A DNA stretch of 64,000 nucleotides from Leptogorgia sarmentosa (lineage: Eukaryota): contig OZ210885.1 of NCBI GenBank assembly GCA_964658305.1, positions 4,588,001-4,652,000 of the forward strand. Reading direction: 5' to 3'. Positions 1-12,228 of the stretch are shown here, piece after piece. The stretch's first letter is position 1, and each line of letters opens with the position of its first letter. Made by a program: the position numbers and the translations under genes. The notes beneath the pieces are model-generated. The model saw only the letters and a program-made list of their open reading frames with translations, made no database searches and was not told the origin of the DNA.

Positions 1-88
1 TCTATTTTGAATTTTGTTTATGCATCTCAGTTTATACTGTAAAAACAATTAGACAGATTCGCCCTCGTCGACAACCTGGCCTCACTGT

Positions 89-1494
89 CTAATTGATAAA
101 TATCGGGTTGTCTGCGTCACTACCTTGAAATCCTTTGATTGTATTTTCCAGACTCTTTACTTTTTGCTCCAGCTGTTTGATCTGAGAGGAAATAAAGAAT
201 ATAATTGAAATATGGAATGAGTATATTTGCTATTTATTGAGAATAAACACCGCCAAGAAAGGGAATTCCTCACGAAATACATCAGAATAAGTTCTGAGTT
301 GCTGTCCGAGAACTAATTAGCTCCATGACTCCCATGGTAGCTATGGAGCCTTAGCACTCGGTCTCTGGGGATTAAGACAACAATGAATTTGGCGGTCATA
401 TTTGTCTACCTTTCAAAAGAATATATTTAAAATTCTTTTGTAGTTCTAAATAAACAATGTGCGTTATAAGTGGTATTAAAATAGCTGTCTATAAGTCCAT
501 ATTCTTGACAATTAGAGCTGCATGACTTTGGTATGAATGCATCAGTGCAATATTTTTGGAGTATGTTTTTAACAGATTTCCCTGCAATAAATTATTTAGT
601 AGAGCTTTAATTGACTTCTTCAAGAGACAACCTGGTTTTGTTCCTGGTGTTAAAAGTAGCGCTACTATATAATTATATATTTATTAAATATTCAACAGTC
701 TTATGTTTTGAATAGATTACATAGCTAAGCAGTTTTAGTAGTGACAGTTTCTTTCAACTGTAATGCAGCCTCGGTAGCGCACGCGTATATAGTATATTAG
801 GGACTTTAAGATCTACAACGCGACCAACTCGACGACGCGCTTTCCGAACAAAGAAATTTTTATGTCGCCGCAACGCAATGTTAAACTAAGCATTATCACG
901 TCTTCAAAGCAACGTGAAGGGTGATTACAACGTGAGAGCTTTAACTTCAAGTTGACTACAGCAACGATCGCATTACTTTAGCTGAACCTACAGTGTGTAA
1001 CTGTTTCTTGAACAAAATTCCAACATCTATTAAAGCATAAAAAGGTCAGCACTCATTTTCAAGCAGAAAGTTAGACCCCGTCGTCGACTTGGTCGCGTTG
1101 TAGATCTTAAGGTCCCTATCGCAAAGCCTAAACAACGCATTTAAAGCATAAAAAGATCAGGGAAGGGCAACACGAGAGTATATATATAATTTGAATTTCT
1201 TTACTTCTTGCAGGTTTGTTTTTGTTGAAAAACAGTAAGTAAACGCGTTTATACTGTAATTGTCCACATGAGTTTCGTTTAATACAGAAAAATTTAATGA
1301 ATTATTTCGAAATTGTTACTGCGCTGCCTATTGGCAGTTGAAAATCGACTCACCAGGTCGTGAGATAACACTGGAGCTATCAAGCTCATCCAAGCTGAAA
1401 AAATCAGGATCTTCGTAAGAAATTTTGGAGACATTTGGCGTTCTTGATCTTCTAATTCTTCGAGTGTTGCTTTGACTTTTCCTCCGCTAGATCT
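89..1494 (-). pseudogene. Possible two-exon coding remnant (coiled-coil-like), product unknown
   Basis: On the minus strand, a GTGAGT donor (1348-1353) and a pyrimidine-rich CAG acceptor (182-184) join ...KATLEELEDQERQMSPKFLTKILIFSAWMSLIAPVLSHDL in frame to IKQLEQKVKSLENTIKGFQGSDADNPIFIN* (TAG at 89-91). The frame is interrupted upstream by TGA at 1495-1497. No recognisable family. Confidence 0.25.
799..1117. mobile_element. MITE, probably PIF/Harbinger-type
   Basis: About 38-bp TIRs: agggactttaagatctacaacgcgaccaactcgacgacg ... cgtcgtcgacttggtcgcgttgtagatcttaaggtccct. Flanks att/atc give an imperfect 3-bp TSD. A related single end lies near 29080. Confidence 0.75.
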
Positions 1495-1739
1495 TCAAAC
1501 TGAATGGTATACGAATCTTGTTTCAAGCAGTTTTATCAAATTTTTGATTTGCTGTGAAACAATAGTTATATTCATGCCAATTTCTAACCAATCAGAACGA
1601 CTGTCATCTTTCTTCCTTCAGCTCGTTATCCACATGCCGAGTAAACATAATTTTTTTTAATTTACATTTGAATTTAGCAGCCACTAAACTCCGCCAAGAA
1701 ACAAACATAATTCTTTTATTTTCCTATAAAACCATTCTT

Positions 1740-3680
1740 GGCCGCATAATTTAATTTTCCCTTGAATTGGAAAAACGGTATTCTTAATTCTTGTGTCTCA
1801 GTGACTGATTTCACAAATTGTTGATGTTGGTCCGAGCCTACATTAGGATAACTTAAAAGAAGTTTTAAATGCTTTCCATAAATACCTGTTTGCAGAAATG
1901 GCGTTTTTTGTATTGCTTGTTGCGCCTCCACACTTATTGGTACGCCAATCTTAATTTATAATCTAGTTTTAATGCACCTTGAGCAGTGATATATATATAT
2001 ATGTAGTGATACTATACAATAGCTAAAATTCATGCAAATGTTGTAAGCAATTACAACGACATTCACTCGTCTCCCTTCAGCTCTTTATTTACATACTGGA
2101 CAATTACAAACTCCATTTGAATTTAATTAACACACGATTGAAGTCTTTTAACAAAAAACCCCGTTTATTTTGTAATAAACCGAAATCTTGGCAAGATTTC
2201 AAAATCGCATCATGGCTTGGGTCGATTCATGCGGCTGATTATTTTTACTATTTTTTTCTCAATATCAACAACGAAGCAAAACGTTGACTTTTGTTGACAG
2301 AACGGTTGTATTTTATGATTACCTTAGTCTTGTGTAACCAAATGTTTTGATCTTTTCTTGTGTGTTCTCTCTTCTTAAACACTACAGTCTAGTCCTACAT
2401 GGTGTAGTCGGTGTTATATATACTCATGACATACTGTATATCAAAAGGCCCTATTGGCAAATATTCATCATCACAGGCTTATTATAATTTTGATGTGCCG
2501 TAATTCCATACAAGAAATTGAAGGTCTCTGAATTTTCCCGCCCTAATACATTTACATTCAACTAGAACTTTGACATTTTATGTTTCCTGTTAGTGAAATA
2601 AAACAGGAGACCACTTGGCTAAAGTGACTGGGAAAATCAGTATTTATATTAAACCTAAATATGTCTGGCATGGTTTTTGTAATTTTCCCTTGAGTGGCAA
2701 TAATGATATTCTTTTTTGTTTCTCAGTCATTGATTGTTGATTTTGGTCCGAACCTACATTAGGATAACTAAAGAAATAGTTTTAAATGGTCTGTGGCGGT
2801 CTTTTCCATAAATTTCTGTTTCGAGAATTGGCGTTTTTTTTATTATTGCTATAACGCCTCCAAATTATTGGTACGGGAATCTTAATTTATAATCCAGTAG
2901 TTTTAATGAATTTTGAACAGTTGTATATGTAGTGATACTATACAATGGCTAAAATTCATGCAAATATTGTAACCAATGACAACGATTCCCGTCTTCCTTC
3001 AGCTCATTATTTACATACTGGGCAAATACAAACCCATTTGAATATAACATGCACGCGCACTTGAAATCCTTAAAGAAACAAACATTTATTTTGTAATAAA
3101 CCTAGACTCGGGCAAGATTTTAAAATCGCCTCAAGGCTTTGGCAGATTCTTACGGTTGAATGTTGTTATAATTTTTTTCTCGAAACTAAACTATTCTTGG
3201 GGTGCCCCAGTCGAAACAAAACGTTGACGTCTGTTGACTGAACGCTAGTATGATGTTTATATTACTTTAAAATTGCGCAACCAAATGTCTTAACTTTTAA
3301 CCTTTTCGTGTATGGAATCTCTCCTTATTTATTCATAAGCTCTTATGACATTATATATAGATAAAGAAGAAAAGTTATCTAGATAAAATGTTCATCATCG
3401 CAGGTATCTTATATAAATTTGATGTGCTGTATCGAAGGACTTTTTCAATCGCCCAGCACTTCACATATTACATGTAATTAGTAATTTGGCACAATGCTTC
3501 CTGCATGTGAAATAGAACAGAAGCTGGCTTGCCTAAACAGACTGGGAAAATCAGTTGCTAATTTAATGATCCTTCACATGGCTTTTGTAATATTTCCTTG
3601 AATGGCAAGGACGATCTTCCTTCATGTATGTCAGTCATTGATTGATGATGTTGGCCCAAGCATGCACATTACTGCATGGC
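1740..3680. repeat. Old diverged tandem duplication, unit about 910-930 bp, about 2.1 copies
   Basis: The block attttcccttga...ctcagt(g/c)a(c/t)tgatt...ttggtccga(g/a)cctacattaggataact recurs near 1754 and 2682, and in degenerate form near 3592. Downstream blocks such as aaaattcatgcaaat and gactgggaaaatcagt recur at the same spacing. Confidence 0.75.
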
Positions 3681-4995
3681 CGTTATTTTCATTTCTCTGT
3701 TCTATTCATATTTATCTCTGACTGTCCGTGTATATTTGTTTTGACTATAGCTATAAGAATTAACAAAAATTGCCAATTATGCAAATTGCCCACGGAAAGT
3801 GCGAAGCCCAAAATAACACCATTCGAAAAACGTCAATTTATCGGGACTGAGGCATTTCTCTTCGCAGACAGGAATCATTTCTGCTTTTTAATTTTGCAAT
3901 TAAAAATTTTCAGATAAAAATTTCAAGCAACCAATTTGTTCGGTCAATAACTCTTTAATATAATTATATATATACTGTTATTCTTTTTAATTCTTTTTTT
4001 ATCCAATCTGATATTTTTCATATATGTGTCATGCCCAAAGGAATGGTGATTGACATGTTGCGTGTGTTCAAAAAACATATTTTCAATTTAATACGCTTTG
4101 TGACCAAGAATGTCACTCATCTTTCCCTTGACGTGCACAGTGTTTAGGTTGACTCGAAAATTAATTTCTATGTCAATATTATGCAGCTGCGTAACACAAT
4201 GTCAAGGGCGCTTAAGAAACACAAACACAACTACAAAGTGTCTTTGCTGTGAATATCTACATGCAGCACAAGACTGTATACCTATAGAAACCCCATGCTC
4301 ATACAAGATGTAACATATTTATTCTGATTGGATATTAAAATCCTGTGTAGGAAACTAATATAAAATTTAAGTCTAATTTTCCCGTCTGAAGTCTGCAATT
4401 TCCTCACTCTAAAACATTTTCTATTGTTGTTGGACTTTTGACTTTCTGTGTTATAACACCAACCGTGGTCGGGTTGGTGTTGAATAACATACCCTCATGC
4501 AGTCATTCTTGTCTGCAGTTGTGGTTCGTAGTTTTTCAATATGAATTTTATGGAATAAATTCAATCGTGAATGCTTTCATCTTGGAATGAGACATATCAA
4601 ATACAGAAAAGCTCCTGGACAGATCCTTTTCAAAATATTTCGCTTTTATAAAATTGGCACCTAATAAAGCGGTCCTAAATGTATGGATGATGTGTGAAAT
4701 GAAGCTAGACTTGATACACTTGCTGTTTATTTAGGGTTCATAATTATTTCAGCCTGCAGAAAATGCAGCGTGTATAGAAAAAGGTAATGCAACTTTGGTG
4801 TCTTATTGCACACTATAGATATAACGTTTACCTCTAAGACTTTTTCATAGCAATAAATTTAACCTTTTAGCTACTTTCTCAACTATAGTCTTTCCCTTTT
4901 TTTGTAAAAATACGACTTCATACGTATCAAATAAATGTTGGCATGGCGAAATCACACTTCCCCATTGTTGAGCATTGGGCGGAAAGCAATTGGAG

Positions 4996-5513
4996 CACCC
5001 GTTAAACAAAGACCTCAACGGGTATAGTACCCGATATTTCTCAATTGAGAACATGGGTAATGCCCACGCTGGACTATCGTCTAAATAGCCTGGCCTGGTA
5101 AATTATGAACAGTAATTGCCCGGGTCTATAATCATATGCATTTAGCCAGGCCAGAGTGGTGAGCAGCGAGCTCGATGTAGCTCAAGTGGTAAGGCGCGCG
5201 GTGTGTGCGTTACAGTTCTATAGTTCAAGCCCCAGTTCGACACATTTTTTCAGCGTTAGTGATGAAAACTTTTTTTTCCTCAATATTTATCTGACCACAA
5301 TGGTCAGGGTTAGGATTCTAGGGTTTGGGTTGGGATTAAGGAAATTCTTAGTATATAGAAAAATGGTTTATATCTAACACTAATATAACTATATCAAGAG
5401 TAATACTGAAACACCGACCAGCAAGCTTAGGCGATAGTCCAGCGTGGGTATTACCCGTGTTCTCAATTGAGAAATATTGGGTACTACCCGTTGAGGTCTT
5501 TGTTCAACGGCTG
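4996..5513 (+). mobile_element. Non-autonomous DNA transposon with about 90-bp TIRs and 7-bp TSD (P-element-like), copy 1
   Basis: Termini CACCCGTTAAACAAAGACCTCAACGGGT... and ...ACCCGTTGAGGTCTTTGTTCAACGGCTG. TSD attggag at 4989-4995 and 5514-5520. The superfamily is inferred from CA..TG ends plus a 7-bp TSD. Confidence 0.85.
5171..5242 (+). pseudogene. tRNA-like (Pol III A-box/B-box) cassette inside the transposon
   Basis: 72 nt long, with A-box TAGCTCAAGTGG, B-box-like AGTTCAAGCC, partial acceptor-stem pairing (TCGA..TCGA; GTCGA/TCGAC in copy 2) and a T6 run just downstream. The anticodon and T stems pair poorly, so it is not a functional tRNA. Confidence 0.6.
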
Positions 5514-6140
5514 ATTGGAGGAAGTTCCCAATGAGAATTGAAAATGAATGAATGAATGAATTCTTAGTTTAACGACCTGATCGGAATGAAATGCAGGAAA
5601 TAAGATTTTTAGGATTCGAATTTGAAAGATTATGTGGCGGATATATATTTTGTTCGACCTCGTCGAATAATTGATAATTACTTGCGTTGCATATTAAAGA
5701 GGTCGTTCGCCTAAATTATCGGCAATTTAATTGTCCTTGTCACAGCTGACAAAGGACAGGGAAAACCCTTAAAAATTCACAATGCAGTATCCTCTGTTAG
5801 TTAAATTGCTTTCCGAATGTCAGACATTTTTCTTGCAATTCTTGTTGGGGCACAGTACAGCAAAATGATTATCATTGAGAATTTGAGATGGCACATCACT
5901 TGGGAATTGCGGTTGTTATTGTATTTCATTGAATAGCTTTTGATTTGAGACACATCTAGGGTGATATGGTGTCTGAAGGGCTATCTGAAAAAACCACAAT
6001 TGACAGTGCTTTTTAAGCTAGAAATACAGATATGCAGTAACCCCTCGCCTTACTAACCAATTAATGCAACTATATTTTTGGAACATGAAGTACTGCACTA
6101 CAAAGCCGCCTTTGTGGGTTTTGATATTGTGGGGTTTTTG

Positions 6141-6755
6141 CAGCGTTTCCACTTTCAAGGAAATTTCCTTTTTCAAGGAAATTTTGACTAAAAAATGGGC
6201 TTTCAAGGAAAAAAAAGGAATCAAGGAAATCTAAGGAATTTTTGAAAAAACTGAGGAAATCTAAAGAATGTTTTTGTGCACAACGCACTGAGCTAAAGAA
6301 AGACAAGAAAGTAATTCTTTAGCTCAGTGGCACAACTCCACGGACCTGTGGGCCTGCAACTTAAAAATTTTCTGCAACTTTTAGACAAAATTGTTGGGTG
6401 GGTTTAGGTCAACTGAAGCCTGAGTGAGCTTGAGTGGATGGATAGAGTCAAATGTCAAAAGGTCAGCACGTGACGTGTTGGCTTTAACTTTTCGCATTTT
6501 CACAATATGGCGTCGTCAAATTGAGTCCTTATGAATTATTCATGAAGCATTCATAAAAAATGGTACTGTCGATTCTGTGGTGACTTTTTTCGGTTAATGA
6601 TGATTATAGTGTAGCTGTTACGTTAGTACGTTACTTAAAATAGGGAGGGGAAAGCGATTGGCTTACCAAGGAAATTTTCAGGAAATTAAATACAATTTCA
6701 AGGAAATTTTAGGGCAAAATCAAAGAAATTTGAAAGTTCATTTGTGGAAACACTG
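6141..6755. mobile_element. Non-autonomous hAT element
   Basis: TIRs cagcgtttccac / gtggaaacactg. Perfect 8-bp TSD ggtttttg at 6133-6140 and 6756-6763. Many subterminal aaggaaat motifs. Confidence 0.9.
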
Positions 6756-6804
6756 GGTTTTTGAGTTTTGAGTTTTGACAATATTTGTAGTTTTCTCCCA
6801 CAGG

Positions 6805-7400
6805 CAGTGCTCTCACTTCTAAGGATTTTTCCTCAGAAATAGGAATTTAGCAAAGTTTTAAGGATTTTTTTAAGGAATTCAATTTTTAAGGAATTTTCTA
6901 AGGAATTTTAATATTTCGAGAGAAGCCACTCTCTTCAGTAATTCTTCAGCTCAGTGAGAAAAGCCTTTGGTAAAATGCCCTGAGGTAAAGAATTACTAAT
7001 TAATAATAAAGTAATTCTTTATCTCAGTGGTAAAATTCCTGTGAAACACATGTCACAGCGAACTAAAATTTAAAAAATGGTGATTATAGTTAATTTACAT
7101 AATTATAGTTTCTCATAAATAGCGCGAATGTGGGCTTCCGGTCCGGCTCAGGACATGATAAGTCGCTCATTCTATCCCATTTTATCTTGTATATACTTTA
7201 GCAAACTCAGTTACTTCACAAATTGTGTTTATTAATCTTGTTTTTAAAACAAGAGGCAGAAGAACGGGATTGCAGGGTACTTTGGGGGTAGTTGCAAGGA
7301 TAAACAAGTCATTTAAGGAATTTTAGGTATATCTGAGGAATTCCAGAGTTCACGCTAAGGAATTTTGAAAATTCGTTGTGAGAGCGTGGTGAGAGCGCTG
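6805..7400. mobile_element. Non-autonomous hAT element, related to the neighbour at 6141
   Basis: TIRs cagtgctctcac / gtgagagcgctg. Perfect 8-bp TSD cccacagg at 6797-6804 and 7401-7408. Contains aaggaatt subterminal repeats and shares the agtaattcttt..ctcagtgg motif with the neighbour. Confidence 0.9.
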
Positions 7401-7655
7401 CCCACAGGTTGACTGGATGAGTTAGGATTCTCCCCTATATATAAACAGTAGCTAACTGGGGTTGTTAACTGGGATCTCCTAACTGATTATTTGACTTGGC
7501 TCTACTTATATCTATAATCTATTTGTTTTCTGGACAGGGGGAGATTGCTAAATTATCATTCGTAATCATGATTGTAGGCACACATTGTTATTGGCACAAA
7601 ATTAGTATGTTAATTTAAGAGTGCATGGATTTGGTAGTAAACATCGTGGTAGAGA

Positions 7656-8136
7656 ATGCTTACGCTACACACATTAGATCCATAGTTGTATGTTTGAACC
7701 ACAACTAAATACCTGCCATCAAAATATATCAGAAGAATTTGCGATGAATTTCGCCATGCAGGAGCGAGATATTGAATATTAGTGGGAAATGTTGTCAAAT
7801 CTTGCAAAAATTACTAGTTCTACGCCTGTACAAGACTTTACTTTGATATATATTACTTTTCCCTTCTTATTGTATTTTGGTAGATATCCATGTTTTAAAC
7901 TTTCTATCTTAACATAATTATATAATTGTTAATTTATCTTATATACTATAGTATAGATAATTGTAAATTCACTTAATAATTGTAAACATGTTGCAATTCA
8001 CCTTTTGGTGCGAAAATATGTTAATAAACCATCTATTATTATTATTATTATTATTATTATAACAATTTCTGGAATCATGTCTTCGAATGATTTTTGTGAT
8101 TCCTCGTTGGCAGTGAAGTTTCCTTCGATGGGAATA
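7656..8136 (+). repeat. Dispersed duplication, second copy at 10873-11141
   Basis: atgcttacgctacacacattagatccatag ... ttccttcgatgggaata occurs at both loci. This copy carries an extra about 210-bp insert. Confidence 0.85.
7851..8059 (+). mobile_element. 5'-truncated non-LTR retroelement 3' end with (ATT)n tail
   Basis: Absent from the paralogous copy, which reads ctttgatataacaatttctgg near 11057-11077. Ends in aataaa followed by (att)n. Confidence 0.65.
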
Positions 8137-8681
8137 AGGGAGTGTTCATTATTTATACCCGGGGTTGGTACCGAAGAGAAACTAATTTAAAAGAGAAAAA
8201 ATCCTAATTTCTAACAGCTATTCTACCATATATTTTGAACTTTTGTAACCAATTAATGCAACTATATTTTTGGAACATGAAGTACTTCAAAGGCTGCCCG
8301 AGGTTGTTGTCATGGCAACACGATCGTAAATTCCTATTTCTGCGGTTGAACAGACTACGTAAATACTTCATGCAATTAATAGTGTGAAGTTAAGGGTTAC
8401 AGCCGCTTATCGGGCAACTGTGCTTTTATCTTTGTTTTATTGGCATTTTTTAATTTGAAGAACCATTTGTTATCCGTACGTTTTATTAAGACTAATATAA
8501 ACTTGAATTTGGTGCGAAATACTACATTTATTTGCATAAAACGTTTTAAATAAAAATATTCAAGTCAGTCTTTGATATGAAACAATTTCCAGCCAATGTT
8601 CGCTCGTGTTCTTTTGGGGTAAAGTTTGTAAATATTTTGTGAAGTCTTGCCTTTAAAACGATAGACTTACACTCTGGAATT

Positions 8682-9600
8682 GAAGTGAGGTTGTATTTCT
8701 GAGTTTCTTTGTAGTGGACGTTGTAGTTCAGTGTGATGTTGTATTTCTGGGTTTCTTTGTAGTGGGCCTTGGGGTTGAGTGTGAAGTTGTATTTCTGAGT
8801 TTCTTTGTAGTGGACGTTGGGGTTGAGTGTGAAGTTGTATTTCTGGGTTTCTTTGTAGTGGACGTTGGGGTTGAGTGTGAAGTTGTATTTCTGGGTTTCT
8901 TTGTAGTGGACGTTGGGACTTGGGGTTGACTGTGAAGTTGTGTTTCTGGGTTTCTTTGTAGTGGACGTTGGGGTTGAGTGTGAAGTTGTGTTTCTGGGTT
9001 TCTTTGTAGTGGATAAAGCTTGCCTATCTCGATGCCTTCTTAAAAACCTCTCTTGCTCTTCTAGGGGGACAGCCTCACTTAACTCAAGAGCTCTATTAAT
9101 CTCAGCAAAATAATTCATAGATCCATCTTTCTTTAACCAATATTTCATATATTTCATGTGATTCCTGTGAAGTTGTATTTCTGGGTTTCTTTGTAGTGGT
9201 CGTTGGGGTTGAGTGTGAAGTTGTGTTTCTGGGTTTCTTTGTAGTGGACGTTGGGGTTAAGTGTGAAGTTGTATTTCTGGGTTTCTTTGTAGTGGACGTT
9301 GGGACGTTGGGGTTGAGTGTGAAGTTGTGTTTCTGGGTTTCTTTGTAGTGGATAAAGCTTGCCTATCTCGATGCCTTCTTAAAAACCTCTCTTGCTCTTC
9401 TAGGGGGACAGCCTCACTTAACTCAAGAGCTCTATTAATCTCAGCAATATAATTATAGATCCATCTTTCTTTAACCAATATTTCATATATTTCATGTGAT
9501 TCCTGTGAAGTTGTATTTCTGGGTTTCTTTGTAGTGGACGTTGGGGTTGAGTGTGAAGTTGTGTTTCTGGGTTTCTTTATAGTGGACGTTGGGGTTGAGT
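8682..9600. repeat. 48-bp minisatellite with a 339-bp higher-order duplication
   Basis: Unit gtgaagttgtatttctgggtttctttgtagtggacgttggggttgagt. A non-repetitive spacer starting ggataaagcttgcc occurs twice, at 9011 and 9350. Confidence 0.95.
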
Positions 9601-11378
9601 CTTCGAAAATGTCGACCAATTTCTCGCAATTTCTTCTTCGTTTCCTCTTCGTGTTCCCTCTTCTTTTTCGCTTGTCGATTGGTCCAGAGAATATCACGTG
9701 GGAGTGACAAGATTAGGCTGTCTACCTTTCATCAGGAAAGGGAAACAATACGTTATTCATCGGGGAATAACGAAAAAAAAATCACCTGCGTCGATATTGT
9801 GTCCTATGACATATATCACCGAATGTGCCTTCTTCGCCCAATAAATCTTTGCCTCGCCAATTCTTCGCCTTTATCCGCTTTTATTTTTCACCATTTAAAA
9901 ATACTTTGTTGTAGAATAATTCCAATCAAAAATTGAAAACTTTAGTTGCACATGAACGGAAGAAACCACCCTCAAACTTTCAGGTTCAACATTACAAATA
10001 CAAAATTTAAAATTCACGCGCAACTTCGGGAAACTTCTCGTGGGCGACTTGACAGGAGGAGAGAAATAACTATAAGCACTTCAGAAAAGCTGTTGCTTTT
10101 ATTTTTTGGAAGTTAGAGGTGTGTCGACACTGCCGTTTCAGGGCGGGGTCATTTTGAGCACTTTCGTTCCGGATTCAGGTTTGGCACATATGCCATGCTG
10201 ACCGGCATGGTCAAATTACCCCGAAACAGTTGAGATTATCTGTTTTAAATGAAATGCATACAAACTCATGTACAGGTCTTCGACTAAGTAACAACCTTGC
10301 GTTGTTTTTGAATCTATAACTGTTCTCCCCGCTCCTCTGCCCTGTCTGTTTAATAATCCGCATTGCAGCTAAACTGAATTAGAAGGTAAATAGAAAAGAA
10401 CCTAAACCCAAACCCTACTTACTACTTATACTAATTATGCGTACATATAGGATGTTAAAAAAACTAATTGTAATAAAGTTTCTAAATTTGACGTCGGTTG
10501 TAAATAATTTGTGAAAGAGGATTGTATAGGTATGATGTTTCTTCTCTCTTGTTAATTGTTAACTGTTAACGGAGGAATTATTTAACAAATTGCATTTTGA
10601 CTGAATAACATTTTCTCAACGCCATCGCAATCATCCTGGGCACAAAAAAGTTTTTTTTTGAAAGAAAAAAAACAGAAGCTTTGATAAACGAAAATGAATG
10701 AACCAGAAGTTCCGGACAAAGCTTTTGTTATGGTAAATTTCATCGTTTTTCATTTCAGTCTTTCGAAGACAATACAAATATGGGCAGGGTGGAAAAGACG
10801 GATACTATTGATAATGTTGATACTATATTTTCCAAAAAAAGACTGTTTTCAGACTACATGGTTTCAGACTACATGCTTACGCTACACACATTAGATCCAT
10901 AGTTGTATGTTTGAACCACAACTAAATACCATCAAAATATATCAGAAGAATTTGCGATGAATTTCGCCATGCATGAGCGAGATAGTGGAAATATTAGTGG
11001 GAAATGTTGTCAGATAGGTGCAAAAATTACTAGTTCTACGCCTTTACAAGACTTTACTTTGATATAACAATTTCTGGAATCATGTCTTCGAATGATTTTT
11101 GTGGCTCCTCGTTGACAGTGAAGTTTCCTTCGATGGGAATATTACCTAAAAACAGAACTACTTTATTTCCAATTCACTTCAGGCAATCACTGACGCTGGC
11201 AAGGTCGACGGTCGAAGATTTTAGAGATGTATAATCGGTAAAATTGCTGAATATTTTTTCAGTCTAAAACTCTCGAAAAACACCATGCAATATAAGAAGT
11301 GCCAACAGATGAGAATATAAGGGAGGTAACGCGTGCAGCAAACTAACACATATTGAGTGCCAATCTAGATATATATTT

Positions 11379-12228
11379 CAGCCGTTGAACAAAGACCTCA
11401 ACGGGTAGTAACCAATATTTCTCAATTAAGTACACGGGTAATGCCCACGCTGGACTATCGCCTAAGATTGCTGGTTGGCGTTTCAGTATTACTCTTGATA
11501 TAGTTTTTTTATATACTAAGAACTTCCTTAATCCCAACCCAAACCCTAGAATCCTAACCCTGACCATTGTGGTCAGAAAAATATTGAGGAAAAAAAAGTT
11601 TTCATCACTAACGCTGAAAAAATTTGTCGAACTGGGGCTTGAACTATAGAACTGCAACGCACGCACCGCGTGCCTTACCACTTGAGCTAAATCGACCTCG
11701 CTGCTCACCACTCTGGCCTGGCTAAATGCATATGATTATAGACCCGGGCAATCACTGTTCATAATTTACCAGGCCAGGGTACTTACACGATAGTCCAGCG
11801 TGGGCATTACCCATGCCATGTTCTCAATTGAGAAATATCGGGTACTCAGGGGCGTAGCGAATGGGGGGTGCGGGGGGGGGGGGAGGGTGCCGTACCCCCC
11901 AAAATTTTGCCTCTGTCGGCAAGAGAAGAACAGCTGTCAAATTATGTCGGCACATTTTGAGGCCCGAATATGTGGGGAAAATATTTTCCTACTAAAACTG
12001 CGTTGTATTTAGTATTAATGTAACAAATAGAGTAGTAAGCGTTGTGTATGTACATTAACGCTGAATTTAAGCAAAAATTAAGCTGATAACGTCGTTGACC
12101 ACACCCAAATCACACCCAGACCACGCCCATTTTGTCGGCAAAATTGAGTCGTGCTCCCCCCCAACCACACAGCCGTCGATACGCCCCTGCGGGTACTACC
12201 CGTTGGGGTCTTTGTTTAACGCGGGGTG
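11379..12228 (-). mobile_element. Copy 2 (inverted) of the 7-bp-TSD tRNA-carrying transposon, with a nested hAT MITE
   Basis: Same TIRs and internal sequence as 4996-5513, in reverse orientation. TSD tatattt at 11372-11378 and 12229-12235. Confidence 0.85.
11847..12189. mobile_element. hAT MITE inserted into the TIR of the previous element
   Basis: Ends caggggcgta / tacgcccctg. Perfect 8-bp TSD cgggtact at 11839-11846 and 12190-12197. Confidence 0.9.

Noticed and set aside
5307..5341. Interstitial telomere (also 10400-10420 and 32140-32230)
   Set aside because: Only degenerate TTAGGG-like runs inside or near transposon relics; no true (TTAGGG)n tract.
8682..9600. CRISPR-like array
   Set aside because: The units are contiguous 48-bp tandem repeats without unique spacers, there are no cas genes, and the context is eukaryotic.
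5156..11711. Similar ORFs at 5156-5377 (+) and 11343-11711 (-)
   Set aside because: They are GTG-started frames inside two copies of a non-autonomous transposon, with no transposase motifs.
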